64,000 nucleotides of DNA, from the NCBI GenBank assembly GCA_964234715.1, contig OZ174277.1. The stretch is one strand, 5' to 3'. Positions 1 to 13,555 of the stretch are shown here, one piece after another. Source of the stretch: Podarcis melisellensis. Its lineage: Eukaryota. The notes under the pieces are model-generated. The model was not told the DNA's origin and ran no database searches. It worked only from the letters and a program-made list of their open reading frames with translations. Every line of letters starts with the position of its first letter. Positions within the stretch are counted from its first letter, which is position 1. Both the position numbers and the translations under genes were made by a program.

Positions 1-386
1 ATTTCATAAACAGAGTGTCATTTCATTCCTGATTTTGCAGATGAGAGACTGTAGCAGAGAGAACTAACATTTGCTGCATGACACACTCACCCTTGTGTGG
101 TGTTGGCACTGTTTGACCATTATTAATGTAATGCCCTCCATTTAAAAGGAGTATGTATTGAGAAAGGATTGCTGTTGTATTACATATGCATTATTTTTGC
201 AATTTTTAGCATAGTTATCTCCAGTGGGCTTCAGCCTTGTGGCCCACCCCTTTGTAGAAACTGCTGCTCAGAATATTGGACTGATTCTTTTTAGAGAAAC
301 CTCATGATAGGATTTTGAAAAATTCCCAGAGATTTAATGCAGTTTCGAGTTTCTTGGGAGGGTGTTCTGGGCGGGGTTGCCAAATA

Positions 387-604
387 CAGTTGTACCTCCG
401 CTTACCTATCCCTCTGGATACATAAACTTTGGGGTGCGAATGTGGCAAACCCAGAAGTATTTTTCTGGCTTTCACCATGCGCGCATGCGCAGAAGCGTTA
501 AACCGTGCCATGCGTATTCGCAGAAGCGGCCCTCTGGTTACGAATTCCTCAGGATGCGGCTGGACCTCCAGAACGGATCCTGTTCACAACCGGAGGTACC
601 TCTG
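387..604. mobile_element. Tc1/mariner(pogo/Tigger)-type MITE
   Basis: Imperfect TIRs CAGTTGTACCTCCGCTT / AACCGGAGGTACCTCTG flanked by TA on both sides (385-386, 605-606). Confidence 0.8.
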
Positions 605-2911
605 TATTCTGACTCAAGAAGCCTTTCTTGTCAGGACATTGAAATGCCCTGCATGTGTAAGGTATGCATGGAAAAGCAAACACAATGTGGCAAAATATAT
701 TTGAAATAGATACTGCATATGCCTAAGGTACATATAGTCCTCATTCACACGTAGCAGAAAGCTGTTAAATACATATGCACACACATCAGCCATCCCTCAC
801 CTGCTACATTCTTTGTTCTAAAACAACTGGAGATTATGAGGAAGGTGGCAATCATTTTAATGAAGTGATTGTAGAGAATAACTTAAGTAAGGTCCAAGCA
901 GGATTGGGCCTGAAATTGGCAAGTTTCAGTGTTTATTCTGTGTTATTTTGTGAGGCCAGAGACAGGGAGTGTAATTCAAGGGAGCCAAGGGTCAAATTCA
1001 TTGAGCATCGACTGCCTGACCAGAAGGGCCAGAAGTTGGTAACATAGTCTTGTCAGGCAGGAAGCCAGTGCTCAAAAGCAGCAGCTTAAGACCATAAGAG
1101 CCAGAGGCAAATAGAGCAATTCAGGGCAGGCAGGAGGCCAGTTTCCAAAGACTGCAATCCATTATGGCAGGTTGCTCAGAATCAAGGAGCAAACATGGAG
1201 GCTGCAGCTTCTTAGGGCCTAGTGCAGTGGGAGACCTTGGGGTCTCAAATTTCAGCAGCACCCTGAGCAATGCCAAAACTGGGCACCTCTTACTCTCCAT
1301 GCCCAGTGCGACCGAACCAGTCGTGCTCCCCTAAATCCACCTCTGCCTGGTGGAAAGTGATGTATTTGTCATATCAACTGACTCACGGCTCAGATAGGTG
1401 GTGGGACTTGGCGCTGCAGCCTATGTGGTCGCAAGGCTTAAGTCAGAAAACAACTCTGGGATCACAGGAGGATAAACCACCGGAGCTTGGCTGCTGACAG
1501 CCCCAGTTTGACACACACTGGCCCCTTACAAGTATAGTGACTGCCTCCCATTCTAAACAATTGGCACATGACTACTGGGAATTGCAACATGAGTAGGGGG
1601 CTGTGGGACCCCCACCCCAGTGCCCCTGCCTCTGCCCCTGTCTCTGTGTTGTAGAGGATGTTGGGGACACAGTTGTTGTACATGGCCCCATGTCCCCTAC
1701 GTATGGCAATTTGGCTTCAGCATTGCTCTTCTTCGTAATGTCTGCCTCAGCCTCCCTCTCTCAGCCTCCCTCAACTAAAAACGTATTGAGTTGACTGAAC
1801 TGAGATTCCAGAAGCACCAAATGCCAGGACTCATTCTGAAAATTGTGCATAATGATGATAAACAGTATGGCCTGTCAGTATCAAAATATCAGCAGTCTTG
1901 GTCATTTACATGCTGCCTGTTGCCTCCTCCCTCTTCCCCTATTTGTGTTGTGGTGTTAACTGTATTGATGGGCACAGAATGGTCTTTCTTCAGCCATTAA
2001 TACATTATTGATCCCCACCCCTCATGATGGAGTTAATGGACACTGATCGTGTATTATTATTTCCATAATCAGCCTGAAGCTGGAGTGAATTTCCCATTGC
2101 AAATGCTCCATCAATATTGTGCTTGGCTTTCCAAGGCTGAAGGGGAAGAAACCTGATTATTTGTTTTTGTTTAAAATTTCGGTGGTGCCTGCAGCCTTCA
2201 TCCTTGATAGGGTAATGAATGTCACCAGTGGAATAATGAAAGAAGATCTCCTTAGAGATGCAGCCACCAACCTTTCCTAGAAAGAAATTAACTATGTCAT
2301 CTTTAGGCAGTCAGAAAAAGTCACTATGCAAAACGGCTCCCTTTGTAACTGAGATGCATCTTCACTCTATTAGCCTATTATACTTTGGTGTCTGAGGTTA
2401 GTGTATTACCTCATGTAAGATGGAGAAAGAAAATTTCCAGGATGCATAGCACACTTATGTCAAAGCAAGTTCTATTGAAAACCGTGAATGTATATAGCCT
2501 GACTAGAGACATATGGGCAGTATGTGACAGGTCAAGAAAATTTAGAGTGGAGACAGACTTATATAAGTATCCCCACAAAGCCATCATTCCCCATGATATG
2601 CACACTTGTCTATCATCTTTGGCCAACAGGTATTGGAAGGTTCTGTAGTGCTTTGCAAACATATATACCATTTGACTATAGACAGTAATGGGACTAATAG
2701 GACTGCAGCAGATGTTTGCCCTTTTGAAAATTCTGATCATGATTTCTGTCTCCTCCCTAAAGTGGTCCCAGCCAGTCACAACAGCGTGATACCACATGAC
2801 CAATCAGATATGGCTAAATTGCTAAACTGGAGGGAATTCTTATTGCTGAATAAAATGTTTGCAACCCCATTCTTTTTTAATCTTTTGTGATCTTTGGATG
2901 AAGGGTGGTGG

Positions 2912-2956
<45 letters not shown>
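2912..2956 (+). repeat. (TAA)n microsatellite, tail of an L2-like 3' fragment
   Basis: Pure TAA run preceded by gatctttggatgaagggtggtggtat, a LINE 3' terminus motif. Confidence 0.85.
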
Positions 2957-2957
<1 letters not shown>

Positions 2958-3054
2958 TGAGTTTGTACACCACAGGCAAAGGTGGCTCTTCCATTTTTCA
3001 GCTCTTTTAAAAACTGTTGTTTGTAGCCTATAAAAGCATGAAGCTGCTTTACCC

Positions 3055-3465
3055 ATAGGGATGGGTGAATCTGTCAATTTCAGTTTCTCTGTTTCTCATT
3101 TTACTAATCTTTAGTTCTCCACATTTCCACATCAGTCTGCAGAATTCTTTTTAAAGTCCTCATGAAAATTCATCAGCAGTGCTATTGTGTAAATTTCTTC
3201 TAATATACACAGTTTTTGTACACACACACACATTTATCCCGTTATAATGCCTTCTTATTTGCTAATTTCTCCGATACATGCATTTCTACTCACACTTTAC
3301 CTCAGTATTTACATTTTTGTAGACGTTAGTTGTGTGGAGAAATGCACTGCAAAATTTGGAGAAGTCTGAATTTTGAAGGATGACTGTGTTTTGATTCCTG
3401 TATTGTTTTGGAAAGTATAAATTAGGAAAGCTCACATTTAAAATGCAAACCGAATTAACTTACTA
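3055..3465. mobile_element. Dispersed non-autonomous DNA-transposon-like repeat (family A, copy 1)
   Basis: Similar to 21525-21925 (same orientation) and 35065-35445 (inverted). Shared motifs include ttctccacatttccac, cctcatgaaaatt and tgcaaaatttggagaagt. Confidence 0.7.
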
Positions 3466-3479
3466 TTTAGGCTGAAACA

Positions 3480-3660
3480 AGACATTCATCGATCTAGCCC
3501 AGTTCTGTCTACCCTCAATGGCATCAGCTTGCTAGGGTATTAGGCAAAGGTCCTTGGAAGAGATCTCTGTGAACTGAGGTCCTTCTTAACTGAAGATGCC
3601 AAGAGATTGAATTGGAGACCTTGTGTGCGCAAAGCATGCACACTGCGCCTCGGCTATAGC
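3480..3660 (-). mobile_element. Old tRNA-derived SINE with CR1-like tail
   Basis: The minus strand reads gctatagc...gcatgctttgcgcacacaaggtctccaattcaatctcttggcatcttcag (degenerate A/B-box head). Related copy at 17350-17525. Confidence 0.55.
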
Positions 3661-4609
3661 TATCCATTGAGTGACAACCCCTCCTGAAACAGCTGTCCGG
3701 TGTCCTAGACTAAAGAACCATACTTCCCCTTGAAAACACTTGTAGTCCTTTCAGCAAGCAAAATAAAACATTTCTGCATCACGTTGTACGAAACGTAAGT
3801 TGCTAATGGTACCATTTAAACAAAGCACTCAGCAACCATTTTGAACTAATGCCGGAGATCCGGGACCTGCTGTTTTGAGTTTCTTACAAATTTCCCCGGA
3901 GGCATAGTTTGCCCACTAAAATGGAAACTCCTTCTGCCAGTTGCTTTGCATTTTTTCCCAGGTGTTTCAGGCTATGGGAGATTACAGCATAACACAAAAA
4001 AAGAGATAGCATATGAAAAGATGAAGCTATTGTACACTGAAACAACTGAGCCATTGGGACAAGTATTTTCCAGTGTAACTTGGCAGTGGCTCTACCAAAT
4101 ATCATGCAGAGGTCCTCCCCAACCCTGTTCTTGGGAATCCTTTTGTTTAGAATGCCAGCAAACAAACCTGTGGCCTTCTAGAAACAAAATGTCTGATCTA
4201 CCACAGCTACAGCTGTTTCAGTGTGTTACCAAATTTCTGTTCATCTTCTTGACATAATGATGTGCTCCTCCCTTGCCACATATCCTTCTCATCTATGGTA
4301 ATACCTTATTCTCCTAATCCAGCCTGAGGCCTGCATTTACCCTTGGCAGACCATCCAGGGCTGCATGTGAGCGATGGATGTGGCCACCCCATGAAACATC
4401 TGAAAAGATGCTAGAGATGGGTGTCACCACTCTTGCTCTCCCTCACACACACAGCTGATCCATGCCACTTAGCTGAGGTGGGAGGTTACCTCCTTTCCTT
4501 GCACATCAAATGATCAATCTGATAACAAGCATTTGCATTCCTTAGAGGGCACTGGGCTAGACACAGAGGTATAAACCTCTGTGCTCAACCCAGTGCTGAA
4601 TCTACTTTA

Positions 4610-4867
4610 CAGTGGTACGTCGGGTTAAGTACTTAATTCGTTCTGGAGGTCTGTACTTAACCTGAAACTGTTCTTAACCTGAAGCACCACTTTAGCTAAT
4701 GGGGCCTCCTGCTGCCGCCATGCCACCAGAGTACGATTTCTGTTCTCATCCTGAAGCAAAGTTCTTAACCCGAGGTACTATTTCTGGCTTAGCAGAGACT
4801 GTAACCTGAAGCGTATGTAACCCGAAGCATATGTAACCCGAAGCATATGTAACCCGAGGTACCACTG
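4610..4867. mobile_element. Tc1/mariner(pogo/Tigger)-type MITE, full length
   Basis: TIRs CAGTGGTACGTCGGGTTA / TAACCCGAGGTACCACTG with TA target-site duplication. Internal 16-bp tandem repeat at 4801-4856. Confidence 0.9.
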
Positions 4868-6199
4868 TATTCATTTTTGTTTTTGCCTCAAAATGGTGGC
4901 GTCTTCAAGGGGCATAATTTTTTTGAGGGGTGGGGGTTCAGATTAGGCCACAGTCCTGGCAATCTAAACCATGGTAACCATAGTTACAAGCCTATCTGCA
5001 TTGATTTTTTTTACTCACTTCTTTCAATTTTTGGAAAATGGCAAACTCGATACAGAGCCTACTTATTTATGTTCCTTGGGAGACAGTAGAGGCCTTTTAT
5101 GGCACATTATGGAATGTGGCTCAGGAATCTTTTTGATGGCAGAGACATCCCCCCATGAGTTACCTTCATATTACCAACCCAATAACAAGCACATGCATAT
5201 GGAATGCTGGGGAACTGCTAGCAGGTTATGATTTATTACTACTTTGCTGTGAGATTACAAGACACCTGAAAGCAGCCTAAAATAGCAACTCAGGGTGGGA
5301 GGAAATGGAATGGATTTATTATTAAATGCCAAAATCCCCAGGCTTTAGGATTTACTCCTTTCCTGGTGCCAGGTGCAAAGCTTGTGCACTGGCCGCCTCT
5401 TGCTTCGGATCAGAGCTGTAGGAGAACCGGCAGGCAAAGTCTTGAGGGTCTGAGCAGATGGTTCCAGTACAGCTGGTGCGGCAGGTTCACTCTCTTCTTT
5501 GCAATGCTCACCGGGCTTGTCTGCTCCACAGGGCCCTGCCTCTCAGACTTGTGTGGCATGGCTTTCTGAGTCTTTGTTATTTGGCTATTCTTTCAAAAGC
5601 TGCCAAATTATAAAGTGAATCCTGCGTTTGCACAGCAACAGGCTTAGCCTTGAAATAAGGGTGTCCTACTAAGCTTTGTCATTTCTTCGAGACTGCTGGC
5701 AGCTGCCTTGCTTGTCTGTTCCCTTCGTAGATTGTACTACTACTACCTTTTTTTAAAATGTGGGCATTTGCAAGAAACTTACAGAAAACTCTTGCAGAAG
5801 AATGAGCACTTGTACAAAACAGCCCCCTTTGCTCCTCCGTTCCATTAACAGGATGAAGAATAGACTTCCCTGGAGTTTGCCAGCTGGAATGGATAAGGGC
5901 AGTAGGATGAAAGGGAAGAGAATAGCCTTCATTTAGACTGGGCTCACCTGGCCTAGCCAGTGGGGTGGTGGAGCAGGAACAGGGGGAGTGCAGTTCTGGA
6001 GAGAAAAATTGTGTATATGCTTACATGCTAATACGAGAAGCCTCCGAGCCAAGACAGGCCAGCAGGAGTGCTGCTTATTAAAGGAGAGAGTAAATATAGT
6101 AGGCATAATGGAATGGAAAGGACCATTCTTGATACATACTCTAGGAAGGGCAGCGAACAGCATATACACAATTTAAGAAGGATACTGACAAGACAGTTT

Positions 6200-6637
6200 A
6201 ATTGGCCACCACAATTTAATATGGATATTGACAAGCTAGAATGTGTGCAGAGGAGGCCAACCAAGATGACGAAGGGTCTGGAAACCCAAACTTATGAGGA
6301 ACGGCTGAGGAATTGGGTATGTTTAGTCTGGAAAAGAAGAGACTCAGAGGAGATATGATAAGCCATTTTGAAATATCTCAAGGGCTGTCACATGGAAGCT
6401 TGTTTTCTCCTGCTCCAGAGGCTAGGACTCAAACCAGTGGCTTCAAGTTACAAGAAAGGAGATTCCAACTAATCATCAGGAAGAACTTTCTGGTTTGACA
6501 GACTCCCTCTGCTTCATTGGAGGTTTTTAAGCAGAGGCTGGGTGACCAAATGTCATGGATGCTTTAGTTGAGATTGCAGGGCATTAGACTGGATGAGCCT
6601 CTGGTTCCCTTCCAGCTCCACAATTCTGTGATTCTAT
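6200..6637 (+). mobile_element. CR1 LINE 3' fragment
   Basis: Translates WPPQFNMDIDKLECVQRRPTKMTKGLE..YEERL / GMFSLEKKRLRGDMI (CR1 ORF2 C-terminus) and ends in a CR1-type attctgtgattcta tail. Confidence 0.9.
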
Positions 6638-6654
6638 ACTCTCTATGTATAGAT

Positions 6655-6858
6655 AGCTAGTAGTCACAATGGCTGTGCTCTGCTTCCGCAGTTGAAGGCA
6701 GCAATGTTTCTGAACACCAGTTGCTTGAGGAGAGTGCTCTTGTGTTCGAATCCTGGTTTGCTGGTTTCCCACAGGCATCTGGTCAGCCACTGTGAGAACA
6801 GGATGCTGGACTAGATGGGCCTTTGGCCTGATCCAGCAGGCTCTTCTTAAGTTCTTAG
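6655..6858 (+). mobile_element. CR1-family 3' UTR fragment (second subfamily)
   Basis: Ends aacaggatgctggactagatgggcc..tgatccagcaggctcttcttaagttctta. The same end is attached to CR1 coding sequence at 47345-47890. Confidence 0.8.
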
Positions 6859-7109
6859 CAAAGACAATATGGTGTGCAAGAAGCTAGAAATTGCAACAGG
6901 TGGTCTAATGGGGCCCAAGAGTACTATGGCTGTTCTGCTGTCCCCTTGACCAAAATGCCCAGAGTGAGAACAGACCACAGTGAACCTCAGGTATATGAGC
7001 TCTCCCACACCTGTCTCTGGAGTGGCCATGAGGCATACTTAGGAATCTTTTGCTTCCATTTTCCATTAGCTATAGCTTTTTGTATTGTGCAAATTGACAA
7101 ACTTGCTGT

Positions 7110-7278
7110 TTTGTTGTTGTTGTTTAGTCGTTTAGTCGTGTCCAACTCTTCATGACCCCATGGACCAGAGCACGCCAGGCACTCCTGTCTTCCACTGCCT
7201 CCTGCAGTTTGGTCAAACTCATGTTGGTAGCTTCAAGAACACTCTCTGTCGTCCCCTTCTCCTTGTGCCCTCAATCTT
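7110..7278 (-). mobile_element. RTE-BovB LINE 3' end
   Basis: The minus strand ends catggggtcatgaagagttggacacgactaaacgactaaacaacaacaac, the characteristic BovB terminus with (CAA)n tail. Confidence 0.85.
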
Positions 7279-8661
7279 GGTTGCTGTATACTATGCTTGT
7301 AAAACTGGCTTGTTTTAACAGACCATTGTTAACATTAACCATAGTTTAAGGTTCAGCTGAAACACTAAACAGTGGTTAATTGAAAAAAAGAAGTGAAAGC
7401 TCCCAAACTTCTTGTGTCTTTACTCCCTTGTAGGGAGTGCCCATGTATCAGGCTTGTTGTCATGCGCTAGCATGACATATGAACACAACTAGACTGCTGA
7501 TCTTCTTACTTAGCACAAAGCAACCATGACAGTCAAGCATGGGGCTGTGTTAGATTACTTCCTTTGCTGATTTTTTTCTGATTAAGTTTTAGCAGGAACA
7601 TTTGTTCCTCCTGAAAGCACAACAACTTGAATATTGCAAAAGGAACATCTGTTAGTGCCTACATCTGACTACCAGATGTTATGAGCATTGAATTTCACTC
7701 TAGTGCTATTCCACAGGAATATCTCACAGTGTGAACAAGCTCTGTATCTCAGAAGTGATTCTCTGACAGTTTACATGTTATTGCACCAGTGTTAGCAGAA
7801 GTTGGATACCTCCTTGAGTATCTCATTTCTACCTATGCTTCTGGATAATGTAGAGAAATAAGATATTGTTATGGACTTGTGGGTGCCTTGACTCCACTAA
7901 ATTCTTGGGTCTAGTGGGTGTTGGAGTTTAAGCAACTAGGTTGCAGTATTAAGATGGGTTGCCAAATGCTGAATTTAGCAGGGTCAAAATGCAGGCCAAA
8001 CCAGTTTTTCCATGCTCAGGAAATTGCCTGGGAGAAGAGCCATCATGGAGAACAAAAGGAAGGTAATTCAACAGACCGGGTATTTGTTTTTGTCCCAGAT
8101 TAGGTCTCAAACATTTTATGTTTTTATTTTTCTTTATTGTTTCATTTATTATTATCTCATTTTGCTTTTTTCTGTATTCCGTTAATATTATTATCTACAT
8201 TTTCAAGCATTCCTTTTTATGTCGTTTAATGTTCTTTGCTTTTCTGTTAATCAATTTCAGGTTTCTTATGTTTATATTTTCATTTAATTCTTTAATACTT
8301 TCAATTATTACTGTTGTTACTTGTTCATTAATTTGTTCTATGTTTATAGGAAGTTGCTCGTGAATTTGTAGTACTTCTAATTTACTTTCTATGGTTGCTT
8401 TAGCATCATTGTGATTCCTAACCAATCATAAACACATTATTCAATGCTACAGTACTAAACTAAGCAGGCTGCTTAGATCAAAAGTGGTCAGGGATAAAAA
8501 CATACAGAGGCAGCAGCCACACAGAAAGAAAAATTTGCGGAAAGCACATAACAAATTAGAACAAATAAGCAATATTTTTGTATAGTTATAATAAAATATA
8601 TAAATGGACCACCTTGAGGGAATTAGTACATTGTATGTTTTGAATAATGGACAATACTAGA

Positions 8662-8935
8662 CGTTCACATCCCTGCTCTACATTTAAAGCACCCTTGTAC
8701 CACTTTAACAGTCATGGCTTTCTCCAAAGAATCCTGGGACTTGTAGTTTATCCCTTCATAGAGAGCTATAATTCCCAGCATCCTTAGTTCCCCTACAGTT
8801 CCCCCCAAAGAATCCTGGGAAATGTGATCTGTTAAGCATCTCCTAAAAACTCTCAGCTTCCTTAACCACTGTTTCCAAGATTCTTTGGTGGAGGAAAACA
8901 ATGACTCTTAAAATGGAATAACAGTTCTTTAAAGA
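8662..8935. mobile_element. Foldback (palindromic) MITE, family B copy 1
   Basis: Internal inverted motifs aagaatcctggga..gtagt / ctacagttccc..gattcttt. Related copies at 30425-30749 and 63753-63925. Confidence 0.7.
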
Positions 8936-10844
8936 AACACAGAGGTGCCAGCACCCTCCAGATGTTTTGGTCTATATTTACTGTCCTCTCTGACCATCGG
9001 CTATGCTGGCTGTTGGGGAAGGCTGTGTTAAACAAAGTAAAAATGCTGGAAGCAAAAGTATGAGTTACAAATATGTGGAGGTACAGCTTTTAAGGAAACA
9101 TAAAGCCTTTCAAGGTTCCAAACATTCTAGTACGTCCCAGCTTTTTGCTTCTGCCAAGCCAGCATAGAAGATGCCTGGCCGTCACATGCACTTGACCTCC
9201 ACAGTGAGGTTTCTAACAAGCCCTTCCTTTGATGTATATATACATTAAAATGAAAGGAAACTGAAGCGAATAAAATACCTTTATGCCTAAAGCAATGTAC
9301 TGTACAATACTATTATTGCCGTAATATGTGAGGTTTATGAGACTTCCGCTACTGAAAGGATGGTCATGTTCATAAAAAGCAGCATTGGGGAAAGAAGTGC
9401 TTTTTTGGCAATGATCAAACCAACATTTTAACTATTATAAGTTAGAATTAAAACATTCAGTTCAACATAACAGCCGGACTAAACGCAATAACGGGCCATC
9501 AGAATGCAGGCACTTTCCTGATTAAAGTAAAGCAGAGAGGGAAATCCAGGATTAATGGCATAGAAAGGAGCTTGAATGGTACCAAAAAAACAACAGCAAC
9601 AAACCAACCTCACAACTATTTAGTGTTCACTTATTACTGAGCCACATCCTGGGTGACATAGCCCAGTGGAAATGGTCATCTTGCAGCCCAGATACCAACC
9701 ACTTCTCCTTAAATCTCTCAGTGCAGCAGGGGAAAAGACAACTGCAGCTCTTCTCCGCTGTTCCTTCCCTTCTCCCATCAGCCACCCTTTCCTGCACCTG
9801 CCCTGGCCAGCAGATCTGCTGCACAACAGTTAAGGGAGGAGGCAAACAGAACAGGGGAGAGAATGGGCAGGAGGAGTTAGAGCTACATTACCTCCCACTG
9901 CACAGAGGGATTTTGAGGGATTCATGGAGTGTCTGGTGTGTGAGGTGACAACCCTAAGTATGTTCTTAAAGAGAGTTGAGTCTTCCATTCACATAGCCAA
10001 TATGGGGAGTTGTGGGCTGGGCACATGTCAAAGAACGCGCACATGGAGAGCTGTTGGTGCACAGAGGTCCCCTACCATACTGTATTTGTTTTTCTGCCTT
10101 CCATATGTTCTGTTGTATGCTGAAGCACAAAACTGAAAAAGTAGGAGTCTATTGCATGCACAAGCCCTTTGTTTTGAGTTGCCACATTAATAAATATATA
10201 GACATTGGCTCTGTGCCTTTAGCAGTTGCATTACAAAGCAGAAATCAACAGGTGAAGCTTTCCCCATCAGCATCAGCTCCACGCTGTGGAAAGCACTGGC
10301 TGTCATGACTCTCGCAGTCAATAACAAGACACAAAGGCTCTGTCTCCCAAGAGCTGTTATGCCTTGCTGCCTATGTTTCCACAGCCTAACCCCAGTACCT
10401 CTGCATCCCTGCCCACAGGTCTTTGCTAAAAAATCTATTCTCCTGAAGAGAATTTCAGAGCATCTCTATTTCTTTTTTGTGGCGAGATTTTGGCAAGTCT
10501 ACTCGCCTCTCAGCCAAGACCAGTTCAGAGTAGATTTATTTTAAAATCACTTTGCTCTAAGCTAAGCTAGTCAGATTCTCTGTGAGCTGCTCTTAGCTTT
10601 AAGCTGATTATTTCTTAATTTTATTTTCATTAAAAAAAAATACACCAGATCCCCATACAGTGACATTGGCCAGTCATCTGATGAGTTTGTTTACTAATGC
10701 TTCAGGCACCAGCCTCTGTACAGTACAATCCCCTATATCCCATAGCTTGTATGTAAAAGGTTGTGAGAATCAGTAGCAGTAGCCACAAGCCTCTTAGACT
10801 AGGGCTGCGATACCAGTCTCTTGAACTGCCAGATATCTTGTGAA

Positions 10845-11275
10845 TGTGCGCTGATGAATAAATATGGAGAAATGATAACAAGTAGAGAGCAAATGTTAGA
10901 GACTGTGGAAGGATCTATGCAGGTGTGCTATGAATCCCAAGCTACAGAAGAGAATGGCCATGAACAGAACCCCCTGACAAAAGGTAATACAAGAAGTTAG
11001 AAACGAAAGAGGAGATAGCTGAGAGATTGGCAAAACTATTGAATGAATGCCTGCAGCAAGGTAAGGCCCCAAATGTATGGAATAATTCCAAGGACGTAAT
11101 AGTGTTCAAAAAAGGAAATAAGCAAAAGAAAAATTGGGAATTATCAGCTGATAAGCCTCTTGTTGCATATGTACAAACTATTAAATAAAATAATTGGTAA
11201 ACGCTTAACTAAGAAAATGGCTGATTAACCTAGTGGGATTTTAAAAAGGATATACCACATCGGTTGACTATGAAA
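10845..11275 (+). mobile_element. Degenerate RTE-clade LINE reverse-transcriptase fragment
   Basis: Manual translation: EEIAERLAKLLNECLQQGKAPNVWNNSKDVIVFKKGN /frameshift/ IGNYQLISLLLHMYKLLNKIIGKRL..GF*KGYTT, equivalent to the KKG..NYRPISLL..YK RT motif. Confidence 0.8.
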
Positions 11276-13294
11276 ATATTGATAAAAAATTGCTGGGGTT
11301 CTTTCACCGAAGAGTCCTTGCCCCAAACCTGGATCTTGGCATTCTCCTTTCTATATGCATATTCTTTTTCCTTGCCACCAACAAGCTGGATGCTAGCAAG
11401 GAAGCAGCCACTGATTTATTTAACTATGATCCCATAGAGCCTGAAGGTGGAATGATGTGGCAGCTTTGTCGTGGAGCTATTTTATAGTGTCCTTTTGACT
11501 TTTTTTGCCTTGTAGTTTTATTCTCCCAAATCCCCCTTTCTAGGTTTATATAAATGTTTCATCCTCGCAATACTGGTGTACTTAGTAAACATTAATCCCT
11601 CGTCCTCCTGGGAAGGGCAGGCCTCCCATCTGCTCAGCTTTGCATTCTGTCTTGGGCATGTTTGTTTTTTAATGACAGCCGAGGTTCTTGTGAGCATAAT
11701 AGCAGGAGGTCTCTGCAGATGTTGAAGGCAGGGAAAGGAGGGGCAGCTATGAGCTCCAGCGTATTTGCTGTAAAGGCGTTCTAGTAAACACATTGAATCT
11801 ATTAATCCACAATTGTTTGGATAGTACTTGTGGAATAATCCTGCCAATAAATCACCAGTCATCTGGAAAGAGAAACAGAGGAGAAGAGGGAGGGAAGAGA
11901 GCTCCTGTGTAGCAGTTGTGGTGGTGATCCGTAGAGAACTGCTACCCATTCATAAATATCCACCAGTTAGAACAAGTTAATTCACAACAAGTTTACTAGC
12001 AGTTAAAATGCCACGCAGATTTCATTTGTCATCTGACAGATACCAGGGTTTGCAATTGATCCAGTCTGTTTTTGAAGAGCTTGTTAGCACATTTCATACA
12101 GTGGGTGGGTAGCTTGTATAGATCTAATGTCTGTTCTCAAAGTGTGACTCAGTTGGCCCCAATCCAGGCGTAGAACTGGCTTTCCCAATTTGCATCCTGG
12201 TGTGATGAAAATATAGCATTCTTTTCAGTTACAAAGCCTCTCCCCCACTCTGAAATTGAAATTTGTTTATGTAGGTTGGAGGAGAAATGCATGTGTTGGA
12301 AGAAAAGTGTGGTGTAAGTTCAATTCCCAGCTGCAGACATAGGACCAGCTTTTCTTAAGTCAGGGCTTAGAGGGAACTAAGAGAGAGTGCTTATATGATG
12401 TGCAAGTAGTTAGTGGGAAATTGCCCACCATCTTCTGGCCTGTACATGGTACTGAAAACTAAGCACACCTTTTCAAGGAGCACAGAAGGACTCAACTCTT
12501 GAGTACCTTGTTTCTGAATGAAACCAGCAACTGTATCTAAACATGGTCCTCCTATGCCTTCGCCTATGGAAGGTGAAGAGGGCTAAGCTCCAATCATACT
12601 GAAATCATTCATGGCAGAACTGGAGCTGAGTCTCTATTCTGGCACTATAATTTTAGTCAGAGGCTCCTGCATCACATGTGTAATGAATCTTCCAGTATCC
12701 ACACCATAATCCAAAATCATCTGAACTTACCATATGTAATTCATCTTAAGGTTACCTTAATTTTATTCAAGATTCTGAATGCCTTGGAGCTATTATATGA
12801 GACTGTGCTTGCTGCATTTGCTTATTTGGGATATGAGTGTTGTATCTTTCCAGCAGCCTTAGAGGATTCTGCCATACATCACACTTACAAGATTTCATCA
12901 TAGTCATCTCTTTGTAGTTTTGTCACCAGGCCTCCTGAGACATTTATCCTTCTGTTTTCCTTCTGGATTTACTTTGTTTCATTAACAAACAGATGCCACG
13001 CCATATTAAGAAAGCAAAGTCTGCAGTGGATGTTTGGAATGTGATGTAGATAAGAATTCTTCCAAACAAACACTTGTGAGGATGATTATCTCTCATTTTG
13101 TCTCCAGGTGCTGGCAGTTGACTCACACCATAAATGCATAATCTTTATAACAATGAATAGTGGATGTCAATAGTTGTGTCAACCCTATCATTCTTTCCCC
13201 AACCAATGTGAAGTAAAGAGTACCTAGTTACACTTGCATATATATTTTGGTTACCTAAGGCTGGTCCTCTGAATCCCTTCAGTGAGCCAGTTGT

Positions 13295-13555
13295 ACCAAC
13301 TATTCTTGTCTATTCCAGGCTCAGTTCAAAGTGTTGGGTACTACCTTTAAAGCTGTAAATGGTTTAGAAGCACAGTATCTAAGGACTCTATAATCCTGCT
13401 CACCCAGGGAAGCTTTGCATCTGAGGTTCATCTGGCGGGGGCTTTATCTGTGGTTGCACCCAGGTTATGAAACTCTGCCCAGAGAAATCCGTTTGACTTC
13501 TTCAATGTCTTTTTGATACTTCTTCAAGACAGTTTTATTCAAGCAGGCATTTAAT
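13295..13555 (+). mobile_element. L2 LINE 3' fragment
   Basis: Degenerate FQAQFKVL..TFKAVNGL..QYL...ALSVVAPRL*NS..REIRL...KTVLFKQAF, typical of the L2 ORF2 end. Confidence 0.75.

Noticed and set aside
4801-4856. Short direct-repeat array resembling CRISPR
   Set aside because: The repeats are tandem without spacers, lie inside a MITE, and the genome is eukaryotic.
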